A stretch of 64,000 nt of DNA from Opitutia bacterium (GTDB lineage: Bacteria > Verrucomicrobiota > Verrucomicrobiia > Opitutales > T3Sed10-336): contig JBJHCF010000003.1 in the NCBI GenBank assembly GCA_050506795.1, positions 6,380-70,379 of the forward strand, given 5' to 3'. The notes under the pieces are model-generated. The model did not search any database. It was not told where the DNA came from and was given only the letters and a program-made list of their open reading frames with translations. Both the position numbers and the translations under genes were made by a program. Positions 9,477-19,088 of this stretch are shown piece after piece. Within the stretch, counting starts at the first letter, position 1. Each line of letters begins with the position of its first letter.

Positions 9477-10175
9477 TCAATGCAGCAGCGAGTACATGAG
9501 AATATTCACGTTGAGGCGATCGGCATTGCGTATTTCGTTGCCGCCGCAGCAGCAACAGCCGTTGGTGTTGGCGGTGTTGTTGAGCCCGTGCCGGGAATAT
9601 ATCAGAACGATTTTCCCCTGGTGGGTGATGCCCTCCAGGTAGGCGTTCTCGTCGCTACTGGCCAGGTCGAGGGTATCGATGGTGTACACGGTCCGGAAAA
9701 TCGGGTGGTCCATGGGGATGCGGGTCAATTCAAGTCCGTCATCTCCGAGCACCTGAACCATGTTTCGGCGAAAAGCGCGGTCCCAATCGCTGCTGGAACA
9801 CCCGGCGGAGGCGAGCATAAACCCTCCGTTGGTGAGGTACCGGCGGAGGTTGTCGCGTTCGTTGGCGGTGAAGTTGAAGTCCGACTCTCCGGTGATCATG
9901 ACGAACGGGTAGCGGAAAAGTTCTTCGGAATTCAGCCGTACGCTGCGAAACCGGCGTTCGGTGGGAATGGCGGTTTCCCGTTGCATAATGGACAGAAACT
10001 CGTCGCTGAAGCAGCGCGAGGTGTTGGTGCCGGCGTAGATCAGGTTGGCGCACTGGATGGAACGCGACTGGACCATGGCGGCTGCCTGTTGGGTGACTAA
10101 GCCGAGGGTCAGTACGAAAGCGACGAGCAATGCGGTCGCGGATCGGCAGAGGTGTCTCAGGTTCTTTGTTTTCAT
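9477..10175 (-). CDS. DUF4159 domain protein with CCCC motif
   Basis: LFRYPFVMITGESDFNFT..ERDNLRRYLTNGGFMLASAGC, PMDHPIF, and LEGITHQGKIVLIYS fit the DUF4159 pattern. C-terminal GCCCCGGNEI; signal peptide present. Confidence 0.8.
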   Translation of the reverse strand: MKTKNLRHLCRSATALLVAFVLTLGLVTQQAAAMVQSRSIQCANLIYAGTNTSRCFSDEFLSIMQRETAIPTERRFRSVRLNSEELFRYPFVMITGESDFNFTANERDNLRRYLTNGGFMLASAGCSSSDWDRAFRRNMVQVLGDDGLELTRIPMDHPIFRTVYTIDTLDLASSDENAYLEGITHQGKIVLIYSRHGLNNTANTNGCCCCGGNEIRNADRLNVNILMYSLLH

Positions 10176-10185
10176 GACGATGGAT

Positions 10186-12993
10186 TCATGGTTCGGAATT
10201 AAGATTGTCCAGAGATTGGAAATACCGGCGGGCGGCATCCCGGTAACGTTCGGGCATGGGTTGCAGAAGAAGCGAGTCCCTGGGATCGGATACGGCAGCT
10301 TCGGCTTCGATCGCGGAACCCGTTTCGACGCGGGTGGCGCCCGTGCCGGACCCCGGACCTCCCGCGCCGTCCCTCCCGGTGGCGCCGGCGCCCTGATAGG
10401 CCAGCCCTTCGCGGGCGGGCGAGAATCCGCTGCGTTGCGGGCCGTAAACCGGCACGCCGAGAGGCGATCCCGGACCGCTCATCCAGGCGCCTTCGCCGCC
10501 CATCCCGGCGCCTCTGCCTCCGCCGATGCCGAAGCCGCGTCCCTGGCCCGGGGAGCCGGGCATCCCGCCGGAGCCGAGGAGCGAACTCAGCATTTGGGCG
10601 AGAGTCTGGTTGAGGTCGGGCAGGGTGAAATTCAGATTGCCTTCGCACATCCCGCCGAAGGCGCCGTCGGAGCATTGTTCGAGCAGGGATTCCAGACTCT
10701 CCAGCGCGCGGTTGGCATGGGTGAGCATGGCGCCGGGGCGGACCTCGCGTCCGGCTTCGGAGGCGTCCTCCATATCGACTGGAATTTGCAGGAGGTAGAT
10801 CAAGGTGGTCACCTCCATGGCGCTTTCCCGGAGAGAGTAGTAACGCGGCTCATTGGGCAGGGCGTCCACGGCGTCTTTGATGGCATGGGCCACGGATTCC
10901 AGTTCCTCGCGGAGGTCGTCCTGTGCCTCACCCAGGTCGCGGATGGTTTCCGTATCGACGCCGCCGGCGCGGTTGACCTCACGATCCATGTGACGCGTCA
11001 GGTCGCGCTGATTTTCCACCACGGCGGAAAGGCGGGCGGCGAGTTCCATCAACTCGTGAATCCGGTCCAGCGTTTCCGCGTCCTCCCGGAGGTTGTCCCA
11101 CTCCTCGTTCTCGGGCCCGTTCCAGCGCTCGCGCATGGCGGCCAGGGTTTCATCGGCTTGCGGGTCTCCGAGGTTCATCCGTCCCAGTTGTTCCTGCTGG
11201 GCGGCCAGGGCGTCGGCCGACTCCCGCCAGAGGGCGGCGGCGGTGCTCTCGATGTCGTAGGCGGGGAAATCGTCGGCCAGGGCATCCATGACGCCGCGCG
11301 CGTTCTCCATCGCCTCGGCAAGAGCGTCTTTCAGGGCTTGCAGTTCGGACTCGTCCGCGCCGTCCCGCATCGCTTCGCGCAGGGCGTCGATCGCTTCGGT
11401 GACGACTTCCAGGGCCAGGTGCGTCTCTTCCATCTTACGGACGAAGTCACGAATGGTCAGCTCGCTGCGGAGAAATTCGGCGTAGGTTTCCTCGTCGATG
11501 ATCTCCACGCGGACCAGGTTGGAGGTGACGGCGCCACTATCGGGATTGGTGTCGCGGGCCTGGGCGTAAAACTCGAGCACGTTGCCCGGTTCGGCTCCGA
11601 GACGGGCCAGGTCGATGCGTTCGTGGATAGGCAGTGCGGTTTCGGGCGCTGCCGGACCGAGGTGATGCGAACGGTCGCGAAAACGCCCCAGGCCCCGCCA
11701 GAGATCCACCCGGCGGATTCCGAGGTCGTCGCGGGCGTACCCTTCCAGATTGAGGACCGTCGACGGCGTGGCCAGGGAGTAGGCAGGCGGCTCGGTCAGG
11801 GCGATCTCCGGTGGATTGTCGGTCTGGGCCTTCTGGGTGAGTTGGAAAGGCTCGCGACTGCGGGTGCCGCGCAGGTCTTCCAGGATCACTTCGAGTTCGG
11901 CGTCGCTTTCCAGGAACCAACGAAAGCGCGCCGTGCTGCCTTCCAGAATCTCCGCCTGCACCGCACGGGTACCGTCCTCGTTGTGCAGGGTGAGGCGTCC
12001 GGTGGCGAGGGGACGATTACTGGCGACCGAGAGCGTGAACTCGGCGCCGGCGTGGCCCTCGATGACCTCTTCGCGCAGCAGGCGATCCGTGACCGGCAGG
12101 CGGGTGTAGGCGGGCGGTTCGGTGCGGAGGCGGGCCGCCAGGATGCGCGGTTCGTACTGCACCGGCAGTGTCATCCAGCGGGTACGGGCGCGACCGGTGG
12201 CGAAGGCGATCCGCATTTCTCCGGTGAGATTTTCCACTTCCTGTACAAACCGGCGTTCCGATTCCTGGAAACAGATCCGTTCGCTTTCTCCGCCAGGGCC
12301 GCGCAGGAGGAGCACCACCTGCTCGCGCAGTGGCGGACCGTGCACCTCCACTGCCAGTTCGGCGGTGTCGCCGTAATACACGGGCTCCTCCGGCAGGTGG
12401 AGGGTGAAATGGTATCGCGAATACGGAGGGTGGTCCTGCCACGGAAAGAGCACTCTCGGGTAGGTAGTGGAAAAAACCGGGAAGAGCAGCAAGCTGACCA
12501 AGGCCACACCGCAGGTACAGCAGAGTGCAAAGCGCATGCCCGATCGGGCGGACGGGTTGTACTGGATCCGCTTTTCCGGGTGGGCGTCCAGGATGCCGGC
12601 GCCTTCGTCCAGCAGGTGTTCGGACAGGTACCGTTTGAAAGGTGAGACCGAATCCCGGGCGAGTTCCTCTCGGGCCTGGAGGGAGGAAAGCACAGGATGC
12701 CGTCCGTCCGCCGTGCGGTCGGCGTAACGGGCGAAATCGGAAAGCGTGCGCGCGCGGTGGCGGGCGGTGAACCAGAGGATCGCCCCCAGGCAGAGCCCGG
12801 TCCAGACCAGGGCCAAGGTGCCGCGCGCGGCGGCCGGAAGGGCCAGCAGGGCGTCGATTGCGGCCAGCCCCAACCATCCGGCGAGAAACACACCGCCCAG
12901 CCGGAGGAGTGAACCGGCCAACAGACCGTTCACCCAGACTCGATGGAGGCGGGAGAGGAGGTCGGAAAACCGGTGGTGTGAGGTGTCGTTCAT
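10186..12993 (-). CDS. Membrane-anchored Ig-like/coiled-coil protein (DUF4175-like) typical of PVC MoxR-vWA operons
   Basis: Three N-terminal TM segments, beta-rich middle (PPAYTRLP, DNPPEIALTEP, ARDDLGI), long acidic coiled coil, Gly-rich linker and terminal MPERYRDAARRYFQSL. ATGA overlap with the upstream gene. Confidence 0.7.
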   Translation of the reverse strand: MNDTSHHRFSDLLSRLHRVWVNGLLAGSLLRLGGVFLAGWLGLAAIDALLALPAAARGTLALVWTGLCLGAILWFTARHRARTLSDFARYADRTADGRHPVLSSLQAREELARDSVSPFKRYLSEHLLDEGAGILDAHPEKRIQYNPSARSGMRFALCCTCGVALVSLLLFPVFSTTYPRVLFPWQDHPPYSRYHFTLHLPEEPVYYGDTAELAVEVHGPPLREQVVLLLRGPGGESERICFQESERRFVQEVENLTGEMRIAFATGRARTRWMTLPVQYEPRILAARLRTEPPAYTRLPVTDRLLREEVIEGHAGAEFTLSVASNRPLATGRLTLHNEDGTRAVQAEILEGSTARFRWFLESDAELEVILEDLRGTRSREPFQLTQKAQTDNPPEIALTEPPAYSLATPSTVLNLEGYARDDLGIRRVDLWRGLGRFRDRSHHLGPAAPETALPIHERIDLARLGAEPGNVLEFYAQARDTNPDSGAVTSNLVRVEIIDEETYAEFLRSELTIRDFVRKMEETHLALEVVTEAIDALREAMRDGADESELQALKDALAEAMENARGVMDALADDFPAYDIESTAAALWRESADALAAQQEQLGRMNLGDPQADETLAAMRERWNGPENEEWDNLREDAETLDRIHELMELAARLSAVVENQRDLTRHMDREVNRAGGVDTETIRDLGEAQDDLREELESVAHAIKDAVDALPNEPRYYSLRESAMEVTTLIYLLQIPVDMEDASEAGREVRPGAMLTHANRALESLESLLEQCSDGAFGGMCEGNLNFTLPDLNQTLAQMLSSLLGSGGMPGSPGQGRGFGIGGGRGAGMGGEGAWMSGPGSPLGVPVYGPQRSGFSPAREGLAYQGAGATGRDGAGGPGSGTGATRVETGSAIEAEAAVSDPRDSLLLQPMPERYRDAARRYFQSLDNLNSEP

Positions 12994-15197
12994 AACAGTC
13001 CGAGCCGGCGGCGGATGGCCCATTCGGTTCCGGCCAGGCCGACCAGCATAAGGAGGAGCCAGGAGGTGTCCCATCGCGTTTGCCAGGTGGCCTCGCCGCT
13101 GTCGGCGAGGGTCCCGGCGGGATCGCGCGCATCGGCATCCTGGATACGGAAGGTTTCATCGGCGGAGTAGGATGTTCCTCCGGTGGCCCGGGCCAGGCGG
13201 CGCAGGAATTCGTGATCGGCGCTCAGGTTGTCGCTTTCGGCCGCGGGCGGAACGACTTCCAGGTGGGCCGAGGCGGACGGGCCTTCGGCGCCCGGGGTGT
13301 GGACTTCGATCCGGTACAACCCGGGTTGGTCCAGTTCGAGGAAGGCCTGCCAGCGGTAATTTCCGCGGGTGACCGGCGACGCCCGGAAACGCCGAACCTC
13401 CTCGCTGCCGCGAATCACCGCGATGTTCGGTTCGGCGGCGGGCCCCGTGTCGTCTTCCCTTTCGGCCACAAAGAGACGGACCGATTCGCCCGCGCGGATT
13501 GTTGTTTGTCCGAGCCGAACGGCGTAATCCTGGCCGGGCAGGAATTCGTTGTAGGTGCTCGTCCACTGGATGAGCTGCGCCCAGAAATCCCGGTAGAATT
13601 CGCCCGCTTCCTCAAGTTGGGGAAAGAAATCCCATTCCCACAGCCCTTCCGCGTTTAGGGCCACGACCATGCCCTGGCCGAGCCGCCGCACCGCGAGCAA
13701 GGGGATGGGGGACCGACCGTTTCCTCCGTCTCCTTCCACCAGAACCTGGGCGAAGGAAGCCAGCCCTCCCACCCGGCGGACGCCGCCCAGTGAAGGAGTC
13801 TTATCCCAGAGCGGGTCGAGGTGTCCGGGCAGGCCATGACCGAACAAGCCCGCGCTTTCGCCGTGCAGCGTCGGCTGCCAACGGACGGCCGCGGTATGGA
13901 ATTCCCCCCAGGCGAAGGGTTGCAGACGCTCCAGGGACTCGTTTTCGCCCTGCCACGGTTTGCCCCGGGTGAAGAGCAGGGCGCCGCCGTGGTCGGCGAC
14001 GAAGCGGTGCAGGAGATCGGCGCGGGTTTCGTCGACGAAATACTCCACGCCTTTGCCGAAAAGCACGAGATCGTATCGGTTCAGTTCCTCCAGACTGGCG
14101 GGAAAGACCGCGGCCGATTCTTCGGTCAGTCCGGCCTCTTCCGCCCCGACGTGAAAGAACCGGTCGGCGGTCACGCGGTGCACGGTGGACAGCCGCACGT
14201 GGGCGGACTCGCGCAGGAGTTGCACGATGAATTTGGTGTCCCAGTGGGGCGAACCTTCCACCAACAGGACGTGCAAATCGCCCTCCAGCACCACCAGGCC
14301 GAGCGGGGCCTCGTTGTTGCTCAAACGGACCTCACCGGGCTGAGCCGGGCTGCGCAGACGGTACTCGTAGAAGCCCGGGTCGAATGGAGGGAGTTCGAAG
14401 GAAAAACCCGCTTCGCCTCCGTCGTCGAGCGTCACCCGTTGGCGGTCGACCACCTCCCCGGCGCCGTTCAGCAGTTCGATCTCGGGACGAAGAGGGCCGA
14501 GGCCGACGGCGCGGATGTGTCCCCGCACCACCGGACGCTGATCGTTAAAAACGGTGATGCGCCTGGGACGGGCGCGGATCTCCAGGTCGGGAACCTCCAC
14601 CTCCCCGCCGACGCCGTAGGTGTGAATCGGCGCGCCGGCTTCGCGGGCGCGCCGGATGGCCTCCGCCGGATCGGAGTCCGGGACTTCCCGGCCGTCGCCG
14701 GCCACCAGCACACCAAGCGGATCCACCGCTCCGGGAACGCGCGACCAGACCCGTTCCAGGGCGGCGGCGAGTCCGGTGCCGCCGGATTCCGCCAGCGGCG
14801 CTTCCGGCCAGGCGCCGTCGATGGGTTCCAGGTCCGAGGCATAGGTAAAACGGTAGACCGGGACGCCGTCGCTTTCGATCCGGCGCTCGGCGGCGGCCAG
14901 CCATTCTCGAGCCCGTTGGTAGCGTGTTTGGCCGTCCGCGTCGGGCACCGCCATGCTGGGGCTGCGATCGAGCAACAGGACCCAGGCGCCGGTCTGTTCG
15001 CTGGGACGCTCTTTCCACTGGCCCGGGTTCAGGGCGAGGACCAGAAGGAGAACGGCCACGGCGGCGCGCAGGGAAAACAGTCCGGCGCGGGCGAGCGGTT
15101 CCCGGCCGCGGGTGCTTCGCCAATTCAGGTAAAGCAGGACCGCGCCGCCGGCGATGGCCAGCGGGATGAGGTATTCCATGGGTATCAGAGGATTCAT
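12990..15197 (-). CDS. vWA-domain plus glutamine-amidotransferase-like membrane protein
   Basis: Two N-terminal TMs, MIDAS-like LLDRSPSM and AGDG, VLLVEGSPHWDTKF, LNRYDLVLFG, and a C-terminal TM (GLAGTEWAIRRRLGLL). ATGA overlaps on both sides. Confidence 0.8.
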   Translation of the reverse strand: MNPLIPMEYLIPLAIAGGAVLLYLNWRSTRGREPLARAGLFSLRAAVAVLLLVLALNPGQWKERPSEQTGAWVLLLDRSPSMAVPDADGQTRYQRAREWLAAAERRIESDGVPVYRFTYASDLEPIDGAWPEAPLAESGGTGLAAALERVWSRVPGAVDPLGVLVAGDGREVPDSDPAEAIRRAREAGAPIHTYGVGGEVEVPDLEIRARPRRITVFNDQRPVVRGHIRAVGLGPLRPEIELLNGAGEVVDRQRVTLDDGGEAGFSFELPPFDPGFYEYRLRSPAQPGEVRLSNNEAPLGLVVLEGDLHVLLVEGSPHWDTKFIVQLLRESAHVRLSTVHRVTADRFFHVGAEEAGLTEESAAVFPASLEELNRYDLVLFGKGVEYFVDETRADLLHRFVADHGGALLFTRGKPWQGENESLERLQPFAWGEFHTAAVRWQPTLHGESAGLFGHGLPGHLDPLWDKTPSLGGVRRVGGLASFAQVLVEGDGGNGRSPIPLLAVRRLGQGMVVALNAEGLWEWDFFPQLEEAGEFYRDFWAQLIQWTSTYNEFLPGQDYAVRLGQTTIRAGESVRLFVAEREDDTGPAAEPNIAVIRGSEEVRRFRASPVTRGNYRWQAFLELDQPGLYRIEVHTPGAEGPSASAHLEVVPPAAESDNLSADHEFLRRLARATGGTSYSADETFRIQDADARDPAGTLADSGEATWQTRWDTSWLLLMLVGLAGTEWAIRRRLGLL

Positions 15198-17200
15198 GAC
15201 GCTGTTCCCTCCTTGTCCGGGCGGGCCAGACGACAGAAAAGCGCCTCGGCCAGCAACAATCCGGCGGCCAGCGCCAGGAACCAAGGCCACCAGTCCACCC
15301 CTTCGCGCAGACGCCGGACCTGGTTGGCGTGGTTCAGGGTGATGGCGGTTTCGCTGGTGAACGTATCCGGGTTACGGGTACGGAGATCCGACTGGTCGGC
15401 GGGAAACCGCACGGCGGTGAGCCCGACCGTGCGACCATCGCTGCGCCAGGAGTAAACGCCGGGTTCAGGCAGAGGGGCGGTCAGAAACCGGTCGAAGCGG
15501 GCGTCGCCCTCCCAGGCCGGCCTCTGATTGTGGTCGCGGGGCCCCTCCAGCACCGGCTCGCGGACCCCCCAGTCCGCCGGAAAGGCACGGCTGACGCTTC
15601 GTCCGGCGAGCGTTTCGCGGCCGGGGACACTGATACCGTCGCGCGCGGTGCGGGCGATTTCGCCGGCCAGGGCGAGGAACTCCGGAAGCAGGGCGTAGGC
15701 GGCGCGACCGTTTTCCTCCAGGGGAATATTCCATCCGTAAATCCGGCCCGCCCCCGCGGATTCGCGCACCAGCGCCGGGGTGTCGTCCTGCCAGGCCAAC
15801 AGCACGGCGACGGGATCGCCGCCGTTGCGAGAGGGCCAGACAACACGCTCTTGGTAGGTCCCGCGCGCGGGATCGCCAAAATCGCCCCCGGAAAACACCT
15901 CGAACAGCGGGTCGTCCGGGAGCAGGAGGCGCAGGGACTGGGGTTCCCGCAGGTTTTGCCGGGTGAGGGGGGCGCCGTTTTGAGCGCTGCCCGGGGTCGG
16001 GTGCCAGATCACGGTGCCGCCGCGTTCGAAGACGGGTTCGAAGGCGGGGAGGGCGCGGGGGTCGTCGCCCGCCCAGATCACCACTTCGGCCTCGTTAAGA
16101 CCGGGTTGTCCCGGTTCAAATACGTTAACGCGGGTCCCGTCGAGGGAGCGAAAGGCGCGTTCCCAGAACGGATTGGGCCGGACGGAATCGCCGGCCAGGG
16201 CGACGGTGGTTCCGGCGGTGACTTCGACGACGACGTCGCGGAAGTTGTCGAGGGGGAAAGCGTCTTCGGGCAGCGCCGCCCGCACGGCGTATTCGCCCGG
16301 TTCCTCCCAGTGCAGGATCGTGGTGACGAGGCGGCTTTCCCAGGCTTCCAGGAAGACATCTTCGCTTTGCCGGAAATTGCCGCTGGAAAACAGGACTTCG
16401 AGGCGGCGGGGTTGATCGGAGTAGTTGATGACCTCGCCGGTGGCCGCTACGGTTTCCCCCGCACGCGGGCGTTCGGGTTCCAGGAAGAGGCGGCGGAGGG
16501 CGGTGTTGGCGGGCGAGGTGTCGGTCGCCACCGGCAGGACGGCCATCCGAATCGAATCGGGGATCGGGGGAAGCGGGGACTCCCAGGTGCCGCGCTGGAA
16601 ATCGGAAATCAGGATCAGTTCCCGCGGACCTTCGGTTTGGCCGAGGTGGTCGAGCGCGGTTGCCACCGCAGCGGCCCCGGATCCGGATTCGTGGGTGACG
16701 CGGGCCCGTTGCAGGGATTCGCGGAGGAAGTCGGTGTTGCGGGAGGGTTGGGCGGCGACGGCCACGGGCCGTTCGCGCACCCAGATGACATTGGCGCGAT
16801 CGCCGGTACGCAGGCTGCCCAGCACGGCGCTGGCTTCGGCCAATGCGCGATTAAAACGGCTGCCGCCTCCCGCGTCGTAGGCCATGGAGGCGGTGGCATC
16901 AACCACCAGGACGACGGTTCTGCCGGCGTCCTCCTCTTCGGACCAGGCCTGGGCTTCGTAGGTGCGCGGTTGCAGGAACGCCAGCAGCAGAGCGATCACG
17001 GCGGCGGTGCGCAGCAGGAGGAGCAGCCAGTCTTTGGGACGCTGCCATTTGCGGGTTTTGCGAACGCCGCGCAGGATGAATTCGATGGAGCTGAACTCGT
17101 AGCGGCGCGGCCGGAGACGGGCGATGAGGTGCACGAGGAAGGGCAACCCGGCCAGCACGGCGAGGGGAAGAAGGTGAGGGTTGCCGAAACTCCAGTTCAT
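15194..17200 (-). CDS. BatA-like N-terminal double-TM domain plus vWA-domain protein
   Basis: FGNPHLL...LPFLVHLI...EFSSIEF...WLLLLLRTAAV...AFLQP (BatA domain); VVDATASM and LILISDFQ (vWA); C-terminal TM WWPWFLALAAGLLLAE. Confidence 0.85.
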   Translation of the reverse strand: MNWSFGNPHLLPLAVLAGLPFLVHLIARLRPRRYEFSSIEFILRGVRKTRKWQRPKDWLLLLLRTAAVIALLLAFLQPRTYEAQAWSEEEDAGRTVVLVVDATASMAYDAGGGSRFNRALAEASAVLGSLRTGDRANVIWVRERPVAVAAQPSRNTDFLRESLQRARVTHESGSGAAAVATALDHLGQTEGPRELILISDFQRGTWESPLPPIPDSIRMAVLPVATDTSPANTALRRLFLEPERPRAGETVAATGEVINYSDQPRRLEVLFSSGNFRQSEDVFLEAWESRLVTTILHWEEPGEYAVRAALPEDAFPLDNFRDVVVEVTAGTTVALAGDSVRPNPFWERAFRSLDGTRVNVFEPGQPGLNEAEVVIWAGDDPRALPAFEPVFERGGTVIWHPTPGSAQNGAPLTRQNLREPQSLRLLLPDDPLFEVFSGGDFGDPARGTYQERVVWPSRNGGDPVAVLLAWQDDTPALVRESAGAGRIYGWNIPLEENGRAAYALLPEFLALAGEIARTARDGISVPGRETLAGRSVSRAFPADWGVREPVLEGPRDHNQRPAWEGDARFDRFLTAPLPEPGVYSWRSDGRTVGLTAVRFPADQSDLRTRNPDTFTSETAITLNHANQVRRLREGVDWWPWFLALAAGLLLAEALFCRLARPDKEGTAS

Positions 17201-18063
17201 CGGATCAATCCGTCGAAAAGGTGGTGAATGGGTTTGTCGGTACGGGCCAGCACGTGACGAATCTGTCGCCGGGTCGCCAATTCGCGCAGGCTGCGCAGGT
17301 GGGCGGCGAAAGCGTCCTCGTAGGCGGCACGCAGGTGTTCGATATGGGCGATTTCCCGGCGGCCGGTCTCCATGTCGACGAAGGCGGTCAGGCCGCGACC
17401 CCGCAGCTCCATTTCGTCCGGGTGCACCAGGTGGTAGAGGTGAATCTTGAAACCGCGGTGAATCCAGGGGGAGAGGGCTTCAAAGATTTCGGCCGGATTG
17501 TCCAGGAAATCGGATACGATCACCAGGGTGCCGCGTCGCCGCACCAGGGGAAGCGCGCGGCTCAGGGATTCGGCCAGACGGGTTTGGCCAGCGGGGCGGT
17601 TGGATTCAAGGGCCTGGAGTATGCGGTGCAGGTGCCGGTTGGTGCTGCCGGAGGGGAAGAACTCGCGGGGAGCGGTGTCGAAGATTTGCAGAGAGACCTG
17701 ATCGCGGTTCTTGACGACCAGGTAGCACAGGGCGGCGGCGAAAAAGGAGGCGTGGTCGAGTTTGGATGCCGGTTGCCCGAAGCCCATGGAGGCGCTGCTG
17801 TCGAGGAGAATGTGACAGTCGGTGCTGGTTTCGATTTCGAAAGTGCGCAGGTACGGGCGTTCGGTGCGGGCGTAAACGCGCCAGTCGAGACTCTTGATGT
17901 CATCGCCGGGTGAATACGGACGATGATCGCGAAACTCGGTGGACAAACCGGTGCGGTGTGACTGGTGGCGGCCCGCCAGGTAACCCTCCGCCAGGGCTTT
18001 GGGGGCGAACTCAAAGCTGTTGAGGCGGGCGAGATCTTCGGCCCTGAGGTATTTCCAGGCCAT
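17197..18063 (-). CDS. DUF58 domain protein
   Basis: GRHQSHRTGLSTEFRDHRPYSPGDDIKSLDWRVYARTE and ILLDSSASMGF, the canonical DUF58 motifs. Confidence 0.93.
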   Translation of the reverse strand: MAWKYLRAEDLARLNSFEFAPKALAEGYLAGRHQSHRTGLSTEFRDHRPYSPGDDIKSLDWRVYARTERPYLRTFEIETSTDCHILLDSSASMGFGQPASKLDHASFFAAALCYLVVKNRDQVSLQIFDTAPREFFPSGSTNRHLHRILQALESNRPAGQTRLAESLSRALPLVRRRGTLVIVSDFLDNPAEIFEALSPWIHRGFKIHLYHLVHPDEMELRGRGLTAFVDMETGRREIAHIEHLRAAYEDAFAAHLRSLRELATRRQIRHVLARTDKPIHHLFDGLIR

Positions 18064-18067
18064 GACG

Positions 18068-19063
18068 TCAATCCAGGTTTTGCAGCAGGTGATCGATGAT
18101 CTGATCCGCGCCGATCCCTTCCCCCGTGGCGTGGTAGCTGGGGATTACCCGGTGGCGGAGAACCGGGCGGGCGAGGTCGCGCACTTCCTCGATCGAAGCC
18201 CCGTGCCGTCCGCGGGCCAGGGCGAGGGCGCGCGCGGCCAGGGTGAGACATTGGGAGGCGCGCGGGCCGGCGCCCCAGGCCACGTACTTGCGCACGAAGT
18301 CGTCCGCGCGATCGCCCTTGGGACGGGTGGCGTTGACCAGTCCCAGGATGGCGTCGAGGACGTGTTCCGGAAGAGGGACATCGTAAACCAGGTTCTGGAG
18401 TTCGAGCAACTCGGCGCCGGTCAGCACCGTCTCCGGGGTGATCTTCTCGCGCTTCACCGTGCGGTGAATGACCTCCTTTTCCTGGTCGATGTCCGGATAA
18501 TCCACGGTGAGATTAAAAAAGAAACGGTCGAGTTGGGCTTCCGGCAGCGGGTAGGTACCTTCGTGTTCGATCGGATTTTGTGTGGCGAACACCACGAACG
18601 GTTCCTCCAGCACCAGGCTTTTGCCCGCCACCGTCACCTGTTTTTCCTGCATGGCCTCGAGCAGGGCCGACTGCGTCTTGGGAGGGGTGCGGTTGATCTC
18701 GTCGGCCAGAATGAGGTTGGCGAAGAGGGGACCCTGCAGGAACACGAACCGCCTCCCTTCGGGAGTGTCCTGCAGGATCTCGCTGCCGAGGATGTCGCTC
18801 GGCATCAGATCGGGCGTGAACTGAATGCGCCGGAAACTGAGCCCGAGGACCTGGCCGAGCGTGCTCACCAGGAGCGTCTTGGCCAGGCCCGGCACCCCCT
18901 CGATCAGGCAGTGGCCCTTGCAGAGCAGGGCGACCAGCATCCTCTCCACCACCTGGTCCTGGCCGACGATTACCTGGCCGAGGTTTTCCTTGATGCGTTT
19001 GATTTCGGTTTGCACGGTCTCCCACTGCTGGGAGGGAGGGGATTCGGGTGTGCGTGTATTCAT
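18068..19063 (-). CDS. moxR: MoxR family AAA+ ATPase
   Basis: Walker A EGVPGLAKT, RIQFTPDLMPSDI, Walker B LADEINRTPPKTQSALLEAMQE, ATQNPIEHEGTYPLPEAQLDRF, WGAGPRASQ. Confidence 0.96.
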   Translation of the reverse strand: MNTRTPESPPSQQWETVQTEIKRIKENLGQVIVGQDQVVERMLVALLCKGHCLIEGVPGLAKTLLVSTLGQVLGLSFRRIQFTPDLMPSDILGSEILQDTPEGRRFVFLQGPLFANLILADEINRTPPKTQSALLEAMQEKQVTVAGKSLVLEEPFVVFATQNPIEHEGTYPLPEAQLDRFFFNLTVDYPDIDQEKEVIHRTVKREKITPETVLTGAELLELQNLVYDVPLPEHVLDAILGLVNATRPKGDRADDFVRKYVAWGAGPRASQCLTLAARALALARGRHGASIEEVRDLARPVLRHRVIPSYHATGEGIGADQIIDHLLQNLD

Positions 19064-19088
19064 GGATCGGTAATGGCAGGATTGACGG

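Noticed and set aside
7423-17227. Long plus-strand ORFs (7423-9642, 10045-12645, 13821-15455, 15329-17227)
   Set aside because: Antisense shadows of well-supported minus-strand genes in GC-rich DNA; no motifs of their own.
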